Assembly: GCF_018350175.1 (NCBI RefSeq)
Contig: NC_058368.1
Coordinates: forward strand, 123,816,001-123,880,000
Origin: Felis catus
Lineage: Eukaryota
Length of the DNA: 64,000 nucleotides
Direction of reading: 5' to 3'
The position numbers and the translations under genes are program-made. Within the stretch, counting starts at the first letter, position 1. Each line of letters begins with the position of its first letter. The notes under the pieces were generated by a model. The model worked only from the letters and a program-made list of their open reading frames with translations, searched no databases and was not told the DNA's origin. Positions 13,900 to 26,745 of the stretch are shown here, one piece after another.

Positions 13900-13988
13900 T
13901 GTGATGGTTAACTGTGTATCAGCTTGGTCAGGCCATGGTATTCAGATATTTGATCAAACATACCTGGACACTGCAGTGAAGGTATTTT
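13900..13988 (+). mobile_element. MLT2-like LTR 5' fragment
   Basis: tgtgatggttaa...tcagcttggtcaggccatggtattcagatatttgatcaaaca. Confidence 0.55.
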
Positions 13989-13989
13989 A

Positions 13990-14347
13990 ATTTATTTATT
14001 TAAATTAATTTATTTTTAAAAGTGTATTTGTTTTGACAGAGAGAGACAGAGAGAGAGAGAGAGGATGAGCAGAGGAGGGTCAGAGAGCAAGGGAGAGAGA
14101 GAATCCAAAGCAGGCTCCATGAAGCAAGCGCCCATCTCAGGACTTGATCTCATCAACCGTGAGATTATGACCTGAGCAGAAATCAAGAATCAGCAGAGTC
14201 ACCCAGGCACCTTGATAAATATTTACTAAGTAGGCTCCACGTCAAGTAAAGAGCCCAACATGGGGCTTAAACTCATGACCCTGAGATTAAGACCTGAGCT
14301 GAGATCAAGAGTCAGATGTTTAGTCAACTGAGCCACCTAGCCTCCCC
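13990..14347 (-). mobile_element. Two adjacent Can-SINEs
   Basis: Two antisense heads, ending near 14212 and 14347. Confidence 0.85.
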
Positions 14348-14379
14348 ATGAAAGATATTTGTTTAAGAAACAGCTTTTA

Positions 14380-14975
14380 TTGCTGTTTTCAGAAAACATG
14401 ATATATTTTACTTTACCACTTTAGAAAATACAGATAAAGAAAAGGCAATTAAAAAAAACCACCAAGTAGTCCTAACATCTAGAGATAACTAATGTTCATA
14501 TTTCTTATATAAACTTCCAGCCCTTTATAGATATACAAATGCATATATATTTATATATGTATAAATTTTTTTAATTCTATACATAGTGAATTATAATCAC
14601 TATTAATATTTATAAATGTCTTTTGACATTACATTTATATATCTGCATCATCACTTAAATAGCTACATAATATTCTGTTAGATGGCTATTCCATAATTCA
14701 TCTCCTACTGTTGGACAACAGGTTGTTTTTAATTTTTCCACTACAAAGAATAAAGAGATGAACATCTCAGTGTATGTATGTCAACACTTGTCCAATTATT
14801 TCATTAGGATATACCTGTGGAAGTGAGTTAAAGGCTCACTTTGAAGCTTTGGTGCCTATTGCCAAATAACTTACAGGAAGTCTGTGCCCACTTATAAACC
14901 TACCATGTGTGCTTCACTGTCCATTTTCCACACTGTTGTCAGGATATTACTGTTATTTTAGTATTTGCCAAGTAG
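14380..14975 (-). mobile_element. Old L1ME-type 3' fragment
   Basis: Antisense L1 3' region text such as ctactgttggaca...ggttgttttt...aaagagatgaacatc. Confidence 0.6.
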
Positions 14976-14994
14976 AAAGCATTTAAAATTACTT

Positions 14995-15206
14995 TAAAAA
15001 ATATTTATTTTGGGGAGAGAGAGTGAGAGCGCGTGTGGGAGCATGAGTGGGGAAGGGGCAGAGAGTGAGGGAGACACAGAATCCGAAGCAGGCTCCAGAC
15101 TCTGAGCTGTCAGCACAGAGCCCAACGCGGGGCTCAAACCCCCAACCTGGAGATCATGACCTGAGCTGAAGTCTGATGCTTAACTGAATGAGCCACCCAG
15201 ATGTCC
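14995..15206 (-). mobile_element. Can-SINE
   Basis: gaatccgaagcaggctccag...gagccacccag. Confidence 0.9.
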
Positions 15207-15216
15207 CTACATTTAT

Positions 15217-15272
15217 CTCCTTCCTTCCTTCCTTCCTTCCTTCCTTCCTTCCTTCCTTCCTTCCTTCCTTCC

Positions 15273-15329
<57 letters not shown>

Positions 15330-15345
15330 CTTCCTTTTTCTTTTC
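15217..15345. repeat. (CCTT)n(CT)n(CTTT)n microsatellite
   Basis: Read directly from sequence. Confidence 0.95.
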
Positions 15346-15478
15346 TTTGAACTTTTTTTCTTTAACAGCTTTGAGGGATAATATATACCATAAAATTCAA
15401 CCAATGTAGGAGTATAATCCAATGATTTTAGAAATTATTGTGTAGCCATTACCACAATCTGCTTTTAGAACATTTCTA

Positions 15479-15693
15479 GGGGCGCACGGGTGGCTCAGTT
15501 GGTTTAGCGTCCAACTTCGGCTCAGGTCATGATCTCACAGTTTGTGGGTTCAAGGCCCGCATCGGGCTCTGTAGTGACAGCTCAGAGCCTGAAGCCTGCT
15601 TCAGATTCTGTCTTTCTCTCTCTCTGCCCCTCCCCTGCTCACACTCTGTCAATCTCTCTCAAAAAATAAATAAACATTAAAAAAAATTTTTTT
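15479..15693 (+). mobile_element. Can-SINE
   Basis: TSD agaacatttct. Confidence 0.9.
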
Positions 15694-15933
15694 AAAGAAC
15701 ATTTCTTTTTTTTTTTTGAGACCAATTAAAAAATTTATTCTGTTTCAGCTTTGAGATATAATTGACAAATTAAAATTGAACATATTTAGGGTTTAAAATG
15801 TGTTGATTTGATAGTCAGCATTGTGAAATGATTACCATAATCAAAGCTAGTTCACATATACATAACTTCACATAGTTACTTTTTTTTTTTTTTTTTTTAA
15901 TTTACTTGCTTTTTATTAGAAATAGCCCTTAAA

Positions 15934-16161
15934 GGCGCCTGGATAGCTCAGTTGGTTAAGCGTCCGACTTCAGCTCAGGTCCTGATGTCACAGTTCGTGA
16001 GTTCGAGCCCCGCTTCAGGCTCTGTGCTGACAGCTCAGAGCCTGGAGCCTGCCTCAGTTTCTGTGTCTCCCTCTCTCTCTGCCCCTCCCCTGCTTGTGTT
16101 CTGTCTGTCTGTCTCTCTCTCTCTCAAAAATAAATAAACATTAAAAAAATTAAAAAAAAAA
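15934..16161 (+). mobile_element. Can-SINE
   Basis: Perfect 16-bp TSD agaaatagcccttaaa. Confidence 0.92.
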
Positions 16162-16242
16162 AGAAATAGCCCTTAAATTATATTTTTGGAGAAAGTATTA
16201 ATGCAGTCTAATACTATTACTTGACTCTTAATTTGATGTCCC

Positions 16243-16430
16243 TTTTTTCTTTTTTCTTTTCCTTTTTTTAATTTTTTTATTATTATTTTTTTAAATATGA
16301 AATTGTCAAATTGGTTTCCATACAACACCCAGTGCTCATTCCAACAGGTGCCCTCCTCAATACCCATCACCCACCCTCCCCTCCCTTCCACCCCCCCACC
16401 AACCCTCAGTTTGTTCTCAGTTTTCAAGAG
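16243..16430 (-). mobile_element. Short 5'-truncated felid L1 3' end with T-rich (poly-A) tail
   Basis: aaattggtttccatacaacacccagtgctcat...ccctcagtttgttctcag is the antisense felid L1 3'UTR terminus. Confidence 0.85.
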
Positions 16431-16479
16431 GCTAAAAGAACATTTTTATCATCCTAGATAGTTCCGCCATACCTGTTTC

Positions 16480-16678
16480 TTTAAAAAAAAATTTTTTTTA
16501 TGTTCATTTATTTTTGAAGGAGAGAGAGAGCGTGAGTGGGGGAGGGGCAGAGAGAGAGGGGGACACAGAATCCAAAGCAGGCTCCAGGCTCTAAGCGGAG
16601 CTAGAACTTATGAGCCTTGAGGTTACCACCTGAGCTGAGGTCTGATGCTTAACCGACTGAGCTCCCCAAGCACCCCCC
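16480..16678 (-). mobile_element. Can-SINE with internal deletion
   Basis: Antisense SINE text with flanking ccatac(c)tgttt. Confidence 0.85.
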
Positions 16679-17350
16679 CCAACCCCATACTGTTTAAGGT
16701 TAATCCCGCCTCCACTCCCATTTCCAGGCAACCATTGTTTTGCTTTCTGTTCCTATAAAATGCCCTTTGTAGACATTTCACATACATGAAACCATACAAT
16801 ATTTTGTGTTTGGCAGCTGGCTTCTTTCATTTACACTATGTTTTTGAGATTATCCATTAGCATGGATCACTAGTTTGACCCTGAACTTTTTTTCTCTTCA
16901 TGTTTATTTGCAGTTTTTCTTCTGAGAACTGTCTGCTCCAAAGGCCCTTGTCCATTTTTCTATTAGAGCACTGAATGATTTTACAGAAGAACATAATCAC
17001 TGTCATATTAAATACAGAATTCTGGCAGCACTGGGAAGACTGACTCTGCATTTCCAAATCTAGGACAATCAGTAAAAGTTTAGTGCATTGGATTAGGCAT
17101 CATCTACATACAATAAAAAACTATGATATGGCACCAAGGAGTAATTTATTTGAATTGTTTTAGTTTCCTGTACATAAGGAGTGTCATAAATTTCTAATTT
17201 ATTTTCTAAAAAATGTTCAAGTTAATCTTTAAAAACTGATTTTACCTTAGTAGAAATATATCCTTTTTGGAACATGGTAGAGTAAATAAATAAATGTTGC
17301 TCTTGGTAGCATGTTTTCTTCATCGAGAGCCCTTAAAAAGTTCCTCTTCC

Positions 17351-17540
17351 TGGGCACCTGGGTGGCTCAGTTGGTTAAGTGTCTGACTTTTCATTTCAGC
17401 TTAGGTCATCATCTCGTGTTTCGTGGGTTCAAGCCCCACATTGGGCTCTGCACTGTCAGAATGCTTGGGATTCTTTCTCCCTCTCTTTCTGCCCCTCCCC
17501 TGCTCTCTCTCAAAAACTAAATCAACTAAAAAAAAAAAAA
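17351..17540 (+). mobile_element. Can-SINE
   Basis: TSD aaaaagttcctc. Confidence 0.9.
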
Positions 17541-18170
17541 AGTTCCTCATCCCTAAGATTCATTAAATAGCTATTGGACAATTAAACAGCATTCTCTGAA
17601 CTCTTTATCTCTGCAAAAATTAAAAGCAACAACAATAACAACAACAAAAAATACCACTGCAAGACCCACCACCAAGTAAAAACTCTAAAACATAAAAACG
17701 TCCTATTTTGAACCCAAGCTGACCATTAATGAACTTGTACCCCATGCTATTTTGCTAAATCCTGTTTGACTCAGAAATAAAAGCTCAGACTTGGTAAAAG
17801 TTAGAGTTCTTAAATGTAACGGAAACTCAGTTTCCCATATTGGAGTACATAAAACTTTTCTTCATTACACCTCCTTCAGCCTCCTAAATGCCCCACTCTT
17901 GGAGCAGTTGTGGATGATTTAACTAAAAGCTAAAGAAGCTAAAGTTACAGCTCACTTGCCTGGCTGCCTTCCTAATTTTGCATGTATCTCCTTAAAAATT
18001 TTCTGGACCCACAAAACCTGGGTCTGCCCCTATAATAAAAGATCTCACTCACCTGTTCCAAAAGTTGTTTGTGGCTTGCTCGTAACTTCATGGGTTGAAT
18101 GTAGCTTGATTTCTGCAAGCCTTCTTTTGCATGATTTTTCCTAGACATCCTTTTAGAAAACATGTTATGC

Positions 18171-18385
18171 AGGGTGGCTGGGTGGCTCAGTAGTTTAGGC
18201 GACTCTTGATTTAGGCTCAGGTCATGATTTTGTGTTTCTTGGGTTCAAGTCCCGCATTGGGCTCTGCACTGGCAGTGTGGAGCCTGCTTGGGGTTCTGTT
18301 TCCCTCTCTCTCTCCTTCTCTCCCATCTTGCTCTCTATCTCTCTCAAAATAAATAAAAACAAACTTTTTTTAAAAAAAGAAAGAA
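18171..18385 (+). mobile_element. Can-SINE
   Basis: Head, (CT)n and A-tail. Degenerate TSD agaaaa..gttatgca. Confidence 0.88.
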
Positions 18386-20112
18386 AATAGGTTATGCAAA
18401 TAATAAAATGACAATAGAAATGATTTACCTGGAATGCTGTCACCTCAACAGGTCACCCATGTTCATTCTCCTCTGGATCCTCCCAGTTTTTGTCCACATG
18501 TTTACATAATTTTATGTGATTATAATTATCCTAGGATCTTAAAAAGTTTTATCTTGATAAACATGCAACATAAAGTTGCATTTATCGCACCTATCCTATA
18601 CTCATCTCTTGAAAACGTGAATGATGTGGCTACATCACAGCATTCAGTGCAGACTGGGCAGCAGGAAAGGGTCAATGCCTGGCATTTCGGAGGGAAAATG
18701 ACCAGATGCCTCATACACAGGAGGGTGGGCAACATGCTAAACTTCCAGGGCCACATCCAGTTTGTTCACTACTGTATGCTTTATGCTTAGCACAGGGTCT
18801 GGCATTCAGTCAAGTACTTAAACATTGACTGAGAGACTAATCCCGAATCTGACTGAACCAATTCAGATTTTTTTTTTTTTTTTTGAGGAGGGATGATGAT
18901 AGAACAAAATTTTAGAAAATAGCAATTAACTTATTGTTGTCCATTAATGTTGAATCTGTCTCATTAATTAATTGAAGTGTATAGTAAGTGTCTGCTACGA
19001 CCAAACATAATTGGATCAGTTGGGATCAAGAGAGGGCCAAAGGAGGAAATATGTGGAGATTTTGATATTCTTTTCAGTCCCAATCTCAATCGTAATCCTT
19101 ACCTTATGGCCTGAGATAAATAAGGAGAATGGAGAAGTTTGCAATCTTTTAAAAAGACATCCTTATTTTCTCTTGCAGAAGAGTAAGGAAACATACAAAA
19201 ATGACATTGGGGGGAAAAAAGAAATTTTACTTAGGAAAGGCAGAAAAATAGAGCTCTTCGTTGCCCTTAAAGGGCTTGGGAAGATTATGACACGGGGAGC
19301 TCTTTGCCAGAAACTGGGCTAAACTTACCTGAAGTGCCATGTTCTGTTTGTAATGTTCTGGTAGCAAGGGATCACAACACTTTATTGTTCAAAAGGGGTG
19401 ATCATTTTAGGTTTTGGTTAGGTTTGTGCCCTAAGGAGGGATCCTTGACACACGTCAAGTCACTTGAGAAATTTGACTCTGCAAAATATGGGACTCAAGC
19501 TTCTTTCTACCCTGGGGTCCGTGCTACCAGGCAATAACATTTCCTGGGAAATTCAATTACACAAAATCCTGGAGTTGTTTTTCTTCAAAATAATTTTGAC
19601 TTAATTTCTTCTTTTATATAAAAAGACAACAAATTACATTTCAGAGAATACTGTTTAGGATATGAGGTTCCCGTCAGAGCTGTTTTGCAATAAGTGTTTA
19701 TATAATCTGAAGTGAAGTCGGCAGTCAACTGTGAAACTGGGGCCAGCCAGGCCGCCTTGTGCGCATTTCACTTTGGATCACAGACTAATGTAACAATCTA
19801 TTGTTTAAGTGTCAACTAGATTTGGATTTTGTTTTTGACATTCAAATTGGGATAAGAAAACAAACTGCCACCACCAGATTCTAAAAAGCAGTGCTTTAGA
19901 AAGGAAACATACAGCATCAATATTTTCTGCTTTTATCCAAAAACTCAAACATTTGACATTTTGAATCCTAATAGTTGGAGAGAAAATTTTATGGAATCTC
20001 TCTGTTCGTATTGCCTAATATGTTACTACTTATTTCTCCTATTAACAATTGTGCTTTGCTGTCCCAAGATTCAAAGTAGTGAAAAATGTAGTGTTAAAAA
20101 CGCAAAGAGAAC

Positions 20113-20310
20113 AGTCAGGTGGCTTGGTCGGTTAAGTGTATGACTTCAGCTCAGGTCATGATCTCATGGTTCAGGAGTCTGAGCCCCCATTGGGCTCTCT
20201 GCTGTCACACAGGGCCTGCTTCGGATCTTCTGTCACCCTCTCTTTCTGCCCCTTCCCTGCTCATGTTCTCTCTCTCTCTCTCTCTCAAAAATAAATAAAA
20301 CATTTAAAGA
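20113..20310 (+). mobile_element. Can-SINE
   Basis: TSD gcaaagagaaca. Confidence 0.88.
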
Positions 20311-22784
20311 AGAATGCAAAGAGAACAATAATTAGTATACAGAAGCAGTTAAACACTTTTCATAAAACTTCTTAGAATAATATATTTAACTTTTATAACA
20401 ATATAATACTTATAATAATACTATATCATTGCCAAAATAAAAGCGATTATATTTTACATGATCCCATGATGTATCAAAATACATCAAATACATAACATTT
20501 TGGACAGATATTAGGAGGAACCTGAAAACGGATTCTTGCTGCTTTACCCCACATTTTCTTTACCAGTCCTCTCTGAGGATCCTAGCTGGAAAGGGTTTTG
20601 TTTTTTTCTAATGGTCCCTTGCCTTATAGTTAACTACTCACATAGTTCCTCACCAGATTAAAGTTCTTTTAGAATATGAAAGAAATCTTATTCATCTTTG
20701 ACTCCTCCAAAGCACTGAATGTGGTAGTTTACTCAATTATTTATGGAAACAAATAAGTAAAAATATAGATTGCAAAACATATATAAGTAAAGTGACTGAT
20801 TTCCTTTAACACAGTCCCTTTTTGTGGGTAAATTTATTCTTTACTATAATACATTTTTTTGGGTGTGATGACAAAACTGATTTTGGATTACCCACAGATA
20901 TCAAATGTCAAAGGACATTTCTTTGTTCTTTCTGGCCTAGTATGAGCATACCATATTTTCATCCAGAACTGTTCTAGGGATGACTTCTCTACACAAGCCT
21001 TTTTAAGTTTTATAATGTGCTCGGTTGTGTGCTAAATAAGCTAAATTCCAAGAAACTGAGGTTAACCACATCAGAGTAAAAAGTAACTAAGTTTAATTAG
21101 GAAACTTACAAAGATGACAGTAGAGAAAGTATAAAATTAATTGTAATGTGATCTGAATGAATTCATATCTCATTGTTCTAATGTGTGAGCCAGGACATAC
21201 ACACTCACACAAAGAACATTCTGGCCAAGCTAAATAACAAGCCAAAGGTGTCAGTTTCATGAAAAGAAATTTAAGAAGGCAGAGTTATCCAGCATAAGCT
21301 TCCTGTAGGATTTTAGAAGTTCTAAATTATCAAGTCTTTTAAAGAAAACAAAAAGCAAATATCCACACTGCTTTTTAATTTAGTAAATATTGCATTCATT
21401 GTCATATTCACTTTGATCATTACATGGACAAAAATATACCAAGTCATTTTTCCATGTGTTAAAATATTCAAGTATATTACTGAAAAGAGACAAAAGAAAA
21501 TCCTGTCTCTGACGTTTTCAAAGACAAGGGTGGTGACTAGGGATAAGAAGGGATTAAACGTGGGTCTCAAGTTGCTGTGTAGCTTTTGATTCCTATGTCT
21601 CTAACTGAAGAAGACTTCACACTGAAGTAAAGAAGATTTCTGTGAAGAAATCACAAAGAGGCAGGAGATCCCAAGCATAGAGACACCTCCTCAATGTGAA
21701 TATTCCACTCTAAGAGGTTAACATAGAGATACAGAAACTTAACGCAGAATCTTCTAATAAACCTGTCTTCAACCAGCAGTTTCTGCTAGCAAAAACTTTT
21801 CAGACTGCCTCCATCAACAAAAGTAATGGTAAGTTCAAAAGGCAATTACTGCATATTAATGTCTGTGGAGGTGAAATCACATGTCTGATATTGGCTTTAA
21901 AATATTACAGTGGAAAAGGAAAAAAGTGGATAGATGAAGCAAATGCAGCATAAGTTTTATAATTAATATAGGGGATGGGGATGTGGCAGGATTATCTTAC
22001 TGTTTTCTCTACTTTTGTGTATGCTTGAGAATTTTCATGAGACTTTTACATAAAAAGAATTTTAAGAAATACAGCTCATCAATACAGGTATGGGTCTATC
22101 AATGGGACAGTAAACTTTCATGAAAGAAAGTATTGCTGGTCTCAAATGTTGGGGTCCTTACTAGGCTTAAAAAAGACCACTTCGTCCATCTTTCAAAAAC
22201 CATTTTACCCGTCTTTCTCAAAAGAAGGAAGTAACATAAATCTACACACTTTCCTGGAATGTGGGATATATATTAACAAAATGCACTTTTTAATGTTGGC
22301 CTAAAATTAGAGAAATCTAACTTTTGCATTTGAACATGAAGGCTGTTATTACATGGAAGACATGGGTTTGAATTCTGGTTTAGATTTTAGTTTGAATGAA
22401 AAAGAGGAGAGTGTTAATTTTAAGAATTCAGATTCCCTGGAGGAGTTAAGATGGCAGAGAAGGGAACCAGGATTTTTCTTGGCCCTCAGACACAGCTGTA
22501 TTGAGGTCAGATCACTTGGAACACCCAGGAGATCAATCTGCGGAGCAGCAGAAGGATCTCTACAGATGAAGGGAGACAGTTTGGCAGGACCAAGGGGTGT
22601 GTATGTGAATTGGCACAGATAAAATGGCATAGCCACAGAGGGGAGAGAACACTTTCTGTGGAAAGACAAAAGGGAGAGAAAGAGAGAGGGATTGTGAAAG
22701 TCCGGCATCAGAGTTAGCACAAGAGGAAAACTTCCCTAGACTACAGACTGGGAACCTAAGTATGGACGATGTCAGGTTTTGTTT

Positions 22785-22788
<4 letters not shown>

Positions 22789-22835
<47 letters not shown>

Positions 22836-22863
22836 TTTTTTTTTTTTTTTTTTTTTTTTTTTT
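22789..22863. repeat. (TG)n followed by a long poly-T inside the L1 5'UTR
   Basis: Read directly from sequence. Confidence 0.95.
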
Positions 22864-24961
22864 GCAAACAGCCTTGGGAGCTGAAACTTGGAGGTTTTGG
22901 AGGTGCGTAACTCTCTCTCTAGAGTGTTGCTGTGGCACGTGCTCCTGTGGAGGAAGGAGCTGGCCCAGGAGTGCAGAGCATAGTGTAGCGATCTCAGGGG
23001 CACACTAGGAGAGAGCAGACCCCTTCCTGGAGTACTTTGGGAAGAGGGGTTATGGCCTCCCCAAGGACAAAAGACTCTGCAGGTGCCAGCCAAAGGCCTT
23101 TCATCATCAGGGTGGAGAGGCTTTATTCTGGAGGAGGGGAGCAGATCGATGTGGTACAGAGTCCTTTAATACATTGGGTTTTGAATCCCAGCCAAGCACC
23201 AAGGGTAAGGCTCAGAACTGGGGCACAGGGCAAGGTGACCACCCTCGCCATTCTGTGAAGGCTGCCTGAACAGCACAGGCTGAGATTCCCAGTCTGGGGA
23301 GGAGAAATTGGAGTGATGCCATTTTCCCTAAAACACTATTGTGGCTTCAGAGAGCAGCACAGTGGACCCCAGTGGAGGTGGGACTCACTTACACCAAACC
23401 TTGTCCCTCAGTGCCTGGCAACTGATTACTAGAGGAAGACTGACTGACCCAATGCAGCCAGATTCTACTCTAGACCAGTATAGTCACAAGCAACAACAGA
23501 CAAAAATTGTTTTTCTTCTTTTTTCTTTCTTTCCTCCCTTTTTCTTTTGGAATCAGGCTCATAGTTTCTGATTTGTTTTTTGTCATTTCCTATGTATGTG
23601 TGTGTGTGTATATATATATATATACTCTTCTACTTTTTTTCTTCCTTTTCTTTCCTATCCCTTTCCTTGGAATGAGCCTTATAGTTTTTTGATTGTCTGT
23701 TTGGTTTTCTTTTCTCCCCTTTCCTTTTTCTCTTTTTATGAGATCAGGCTCCCCCCCACCACCATTTTTTTCCAGAGTCATTTCAACAAACAAATCAAAG
23801 CACACCTAGTTAAAGGTCTAAACACCACCACTGCAAGCAAGGAAGACCTCTGCAGAGGACTGACCAGAGGGACAGAGCAGCCAAAATACAATAACAGAGT
23901 GCATGCAGCATACAGCAGAAACACTTCCTGGAGTCCCAGGCCCTGGACAGTGTATGGCCCCTTTTTAATACAGTAGTACTCTCAGATGCAGAACACATAA
24001 CATGCTTTTAAAACACGCAAAAGATAGAAACTTAGCCAAAATAACAAAGATGGAGGAATTCTCCCTAAAATAAAGGTCAAGAAGAAATCACAGCCAGAGA
24101 ACTGCTCAAAAGAGGTATAAATATTATATCTGAATAAGAATTTGAAATAACAGTCCTAAGACTAATAGCTGGGATTAAAAAAGCACAGAAGACACCAGAG
24201 AAATACTTGCTGCAGAGATCAAAGACCTAAGAACTTGTCAGGATGAATTTAAAAATGCTATAACTGAGATGCAAAATAGATACAGTGACAACATAGAAGA
24301 AGCAGAGGCAAGAATAGGTGAAATAGAAGATAAAATTACAAAAAATAATGAAGCTGAAAAAAAAATGGGAAAGGAAACTACTAGATCATGAGGGGAGAAT
24401 GATAGAACTAAGTGATTCCATGAAATGAAGCAATGTGCCTATCATATGAGTTCCAGAAGAAGAACGAGAAAAGGGGACAGAAGGTTTATTTGAACAAATT
24501 ATATCTGAGAACTTCCCTAATCTGGAGAAGGCAACAGGCATCAAAGTCCAAAGGGACAGAGAACTCCCCTTAAAATCAACAAAAACACAACATAGCATAG
24601 TGAAACTTGCAAAATACAAAGATAAAGAGAGAATTATGAAAGCAGTGAGGGTCAAAAGGTCCTTAACCAAAAGGGTAGACATGTAAGGTTAGCAGCAGAG
24701 CTGTCCACTGAAACCTGACTGGCCAGAAGGGAGTGGCAGGAAATATTCAATGTGCTGAATAGGAAAAATATGCAGCCAAGATCCTTTATCCAGCGAGGCT
24801 GGTATTCAGAATAGAAGGAGAGATAAAGACTTTCATAGACAAAAACTAAAGGAGTTTGTAACGTCTAAGCCAGCCCTGCAAGAAATTCTAAGGGGGACTC
24901 TCTGAGTGGAAAGCAGCAAAGACTACAAGGACCGATAACATCATCAGAAACACAAAATCTT

Positions 24962-25168
24962 GGGGCACCTGGGTGGTGCAGTCGGTTAAGCGTCCGACCA
25001 GCCAGGTCACGATCTCGCGGTCTGTGAGTTCGAGCCCCGCATCAGGCTCTGGGCTGATGGCTCAGAGCCTGGAGCCTGTTTCCGATTCTGTGTCTCCCTC
25101 TCTCTCTGCCCCTCCCCCGTTCATGCTCTGTCTCTCTCTGTCCCAAAAATAAATAAACGTTGAAAAAA
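24962..25168 (+). mobile_element. Young SINEC_Fc-type Can-SINE in the L1 inter-ORF spacer
   Basis: Perfect TSD agaaacacaaaatctt (24946-24961, 25169-25184). Confidence 0.93.
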
Positions 25169-26523
25169 AGAAACACAAAATCTTCAGATAACACAATGGC
25201 ACTAACTTCATATCTTTCAATAATCACTCTGAATGTAAATGGACTAAATGTTCCAATCAAAAGACATAGGGTATCAGAATAGATAAAAATATAAATCCAT
25301 CAAAATGCTGCTTACAAAAAACTCATTTTAGACCTGAGGACACCTGCAGATTGAAAATGAGGGGATAGAGAACCATCTATCATGCTAATGGTTGCCAAAG
25401 AAAGCCAGAGTAGCCATACTTACATTAGACAAACTAGACTTTAAATTAAAAGCTGTAACAAGAGATGAAGAAGGGCATTATATCATAATTAAGAGGTCTA
25501 TCCCTCAAGAAGAGCTTAAGAATTGCAAATATTTATGCCCTCAACTTGGAAGCACCCACATATATAAATCAATTAGTCACAAACATAAGTAAACTTAAGG
25601 ATAATAATACCATTATTGTAGAAGACTTTAATATCCCACTTACAACAATGGACAGATCATCTAAGCAGAAAATCAACAAGGAAACAACAGCTCTCAAAGA
25701 CAAACTGGAATAGATGGACTTAACAGATACATTCAGAACATTTCATACAGAATATACATTCTTCTCAAATACACATGGGACATTCTCCAGAATAAATCAC
25801 ATATTGGGTCACAAATCAGCCCTTAATAGCTACAAAAAGAATGAGATCATACCACACATATTTTTAGATCACAACACTATGAAACTTGAAATCAACCACA
25901 AGAAAAAATTTGGAAAGCCCTCAAATACATGGAGGTTAAAGAATATCCTACTAAAGAATGAATGAGTTAACCAGGAAATTACAGAAGAAATTAATGGAAG
26001 CAAATGAAAATAAAAAGACAAAAGTCCAGACCCTTTGGGATGCAGCAAATGTGATCCTAAGAGGAAAATACATTGCAATTCAGGCCTATCTCAAGAAAGT
26101 AAGAAAGGTTCCAAATACACAACCTAACTTTATACCTAAAGAAGCTAGAAAATGAGCAGCAAATAAGCCAGTAGAAGAAGGGAAATAATAAAGATTAAAG
26201 CAGAAATAAATGATATAGAATCCAAAAACTAACAAACAAACCAATAGAACAGACCAATGAATCTAAGAGCTGGTTTTTTGAAAGAATAAACAAAATTGAT
26301 AAACCCCGGGCCACACTTCTCAAAAAGAAAAAAGGGAGGACCAAAATAGATAAAATCATAAATGAAAGAGGAGAGATCACAACAATGACCATACAAATAC
26401 AAACAATTACAAGAGAATACTATGAAAAATTATATGCCAACAAACTGGACAATCTGGAAAAAATGGACAAATTCCTAGACACTCACACACTACTAAAACT
26501 TAAACAGAAAGAAAGAAAATTTG

Positions 26524-26745
26524 AGGGGTGCCTGGGTGACTCAGTGAGTTGGGCATCCGACTTCAGCTCAGGTCATGATCTTGCAGTTCATGGGTCCGAG
26601 CCCCACGTCGGGCTCTGTGCTGACAACTCCAAGCCTGGAGCCTGCTTCAAATTCCGTGTCTTCTTCTCTCTCTGCCTCTCCCCCACTCACGCTCTGTCTC
26701 TCTCTCTCTCTCAAAAATAAAACAAACATTTAAAAAAAAAAAATA
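26524..26745 (+). mobile_element. Can-SINE inside L1 ORF2
   Basis: TSD aaagaaaattt. Confidence 0.9.

Larger units (their letters stand above)
15350..17000 (-). mobile_element. Old L1M 3' end split into pieces by later SINE and L1 insertions
   Basis: aacagctttgagggataatatatacc...ttttagaacattt resumes as agaacatttttatcatcc...ccaggcaaccattg...gacatttcacatac. Confidence 0.65.

Noticed and set aside
21590..21835. Possible plus-strand exon ending at atg|gtaagt
   Set aside because: Stops in the frames I read and no partner exons. A lncRNA exon cannot be supported from sequence alone.
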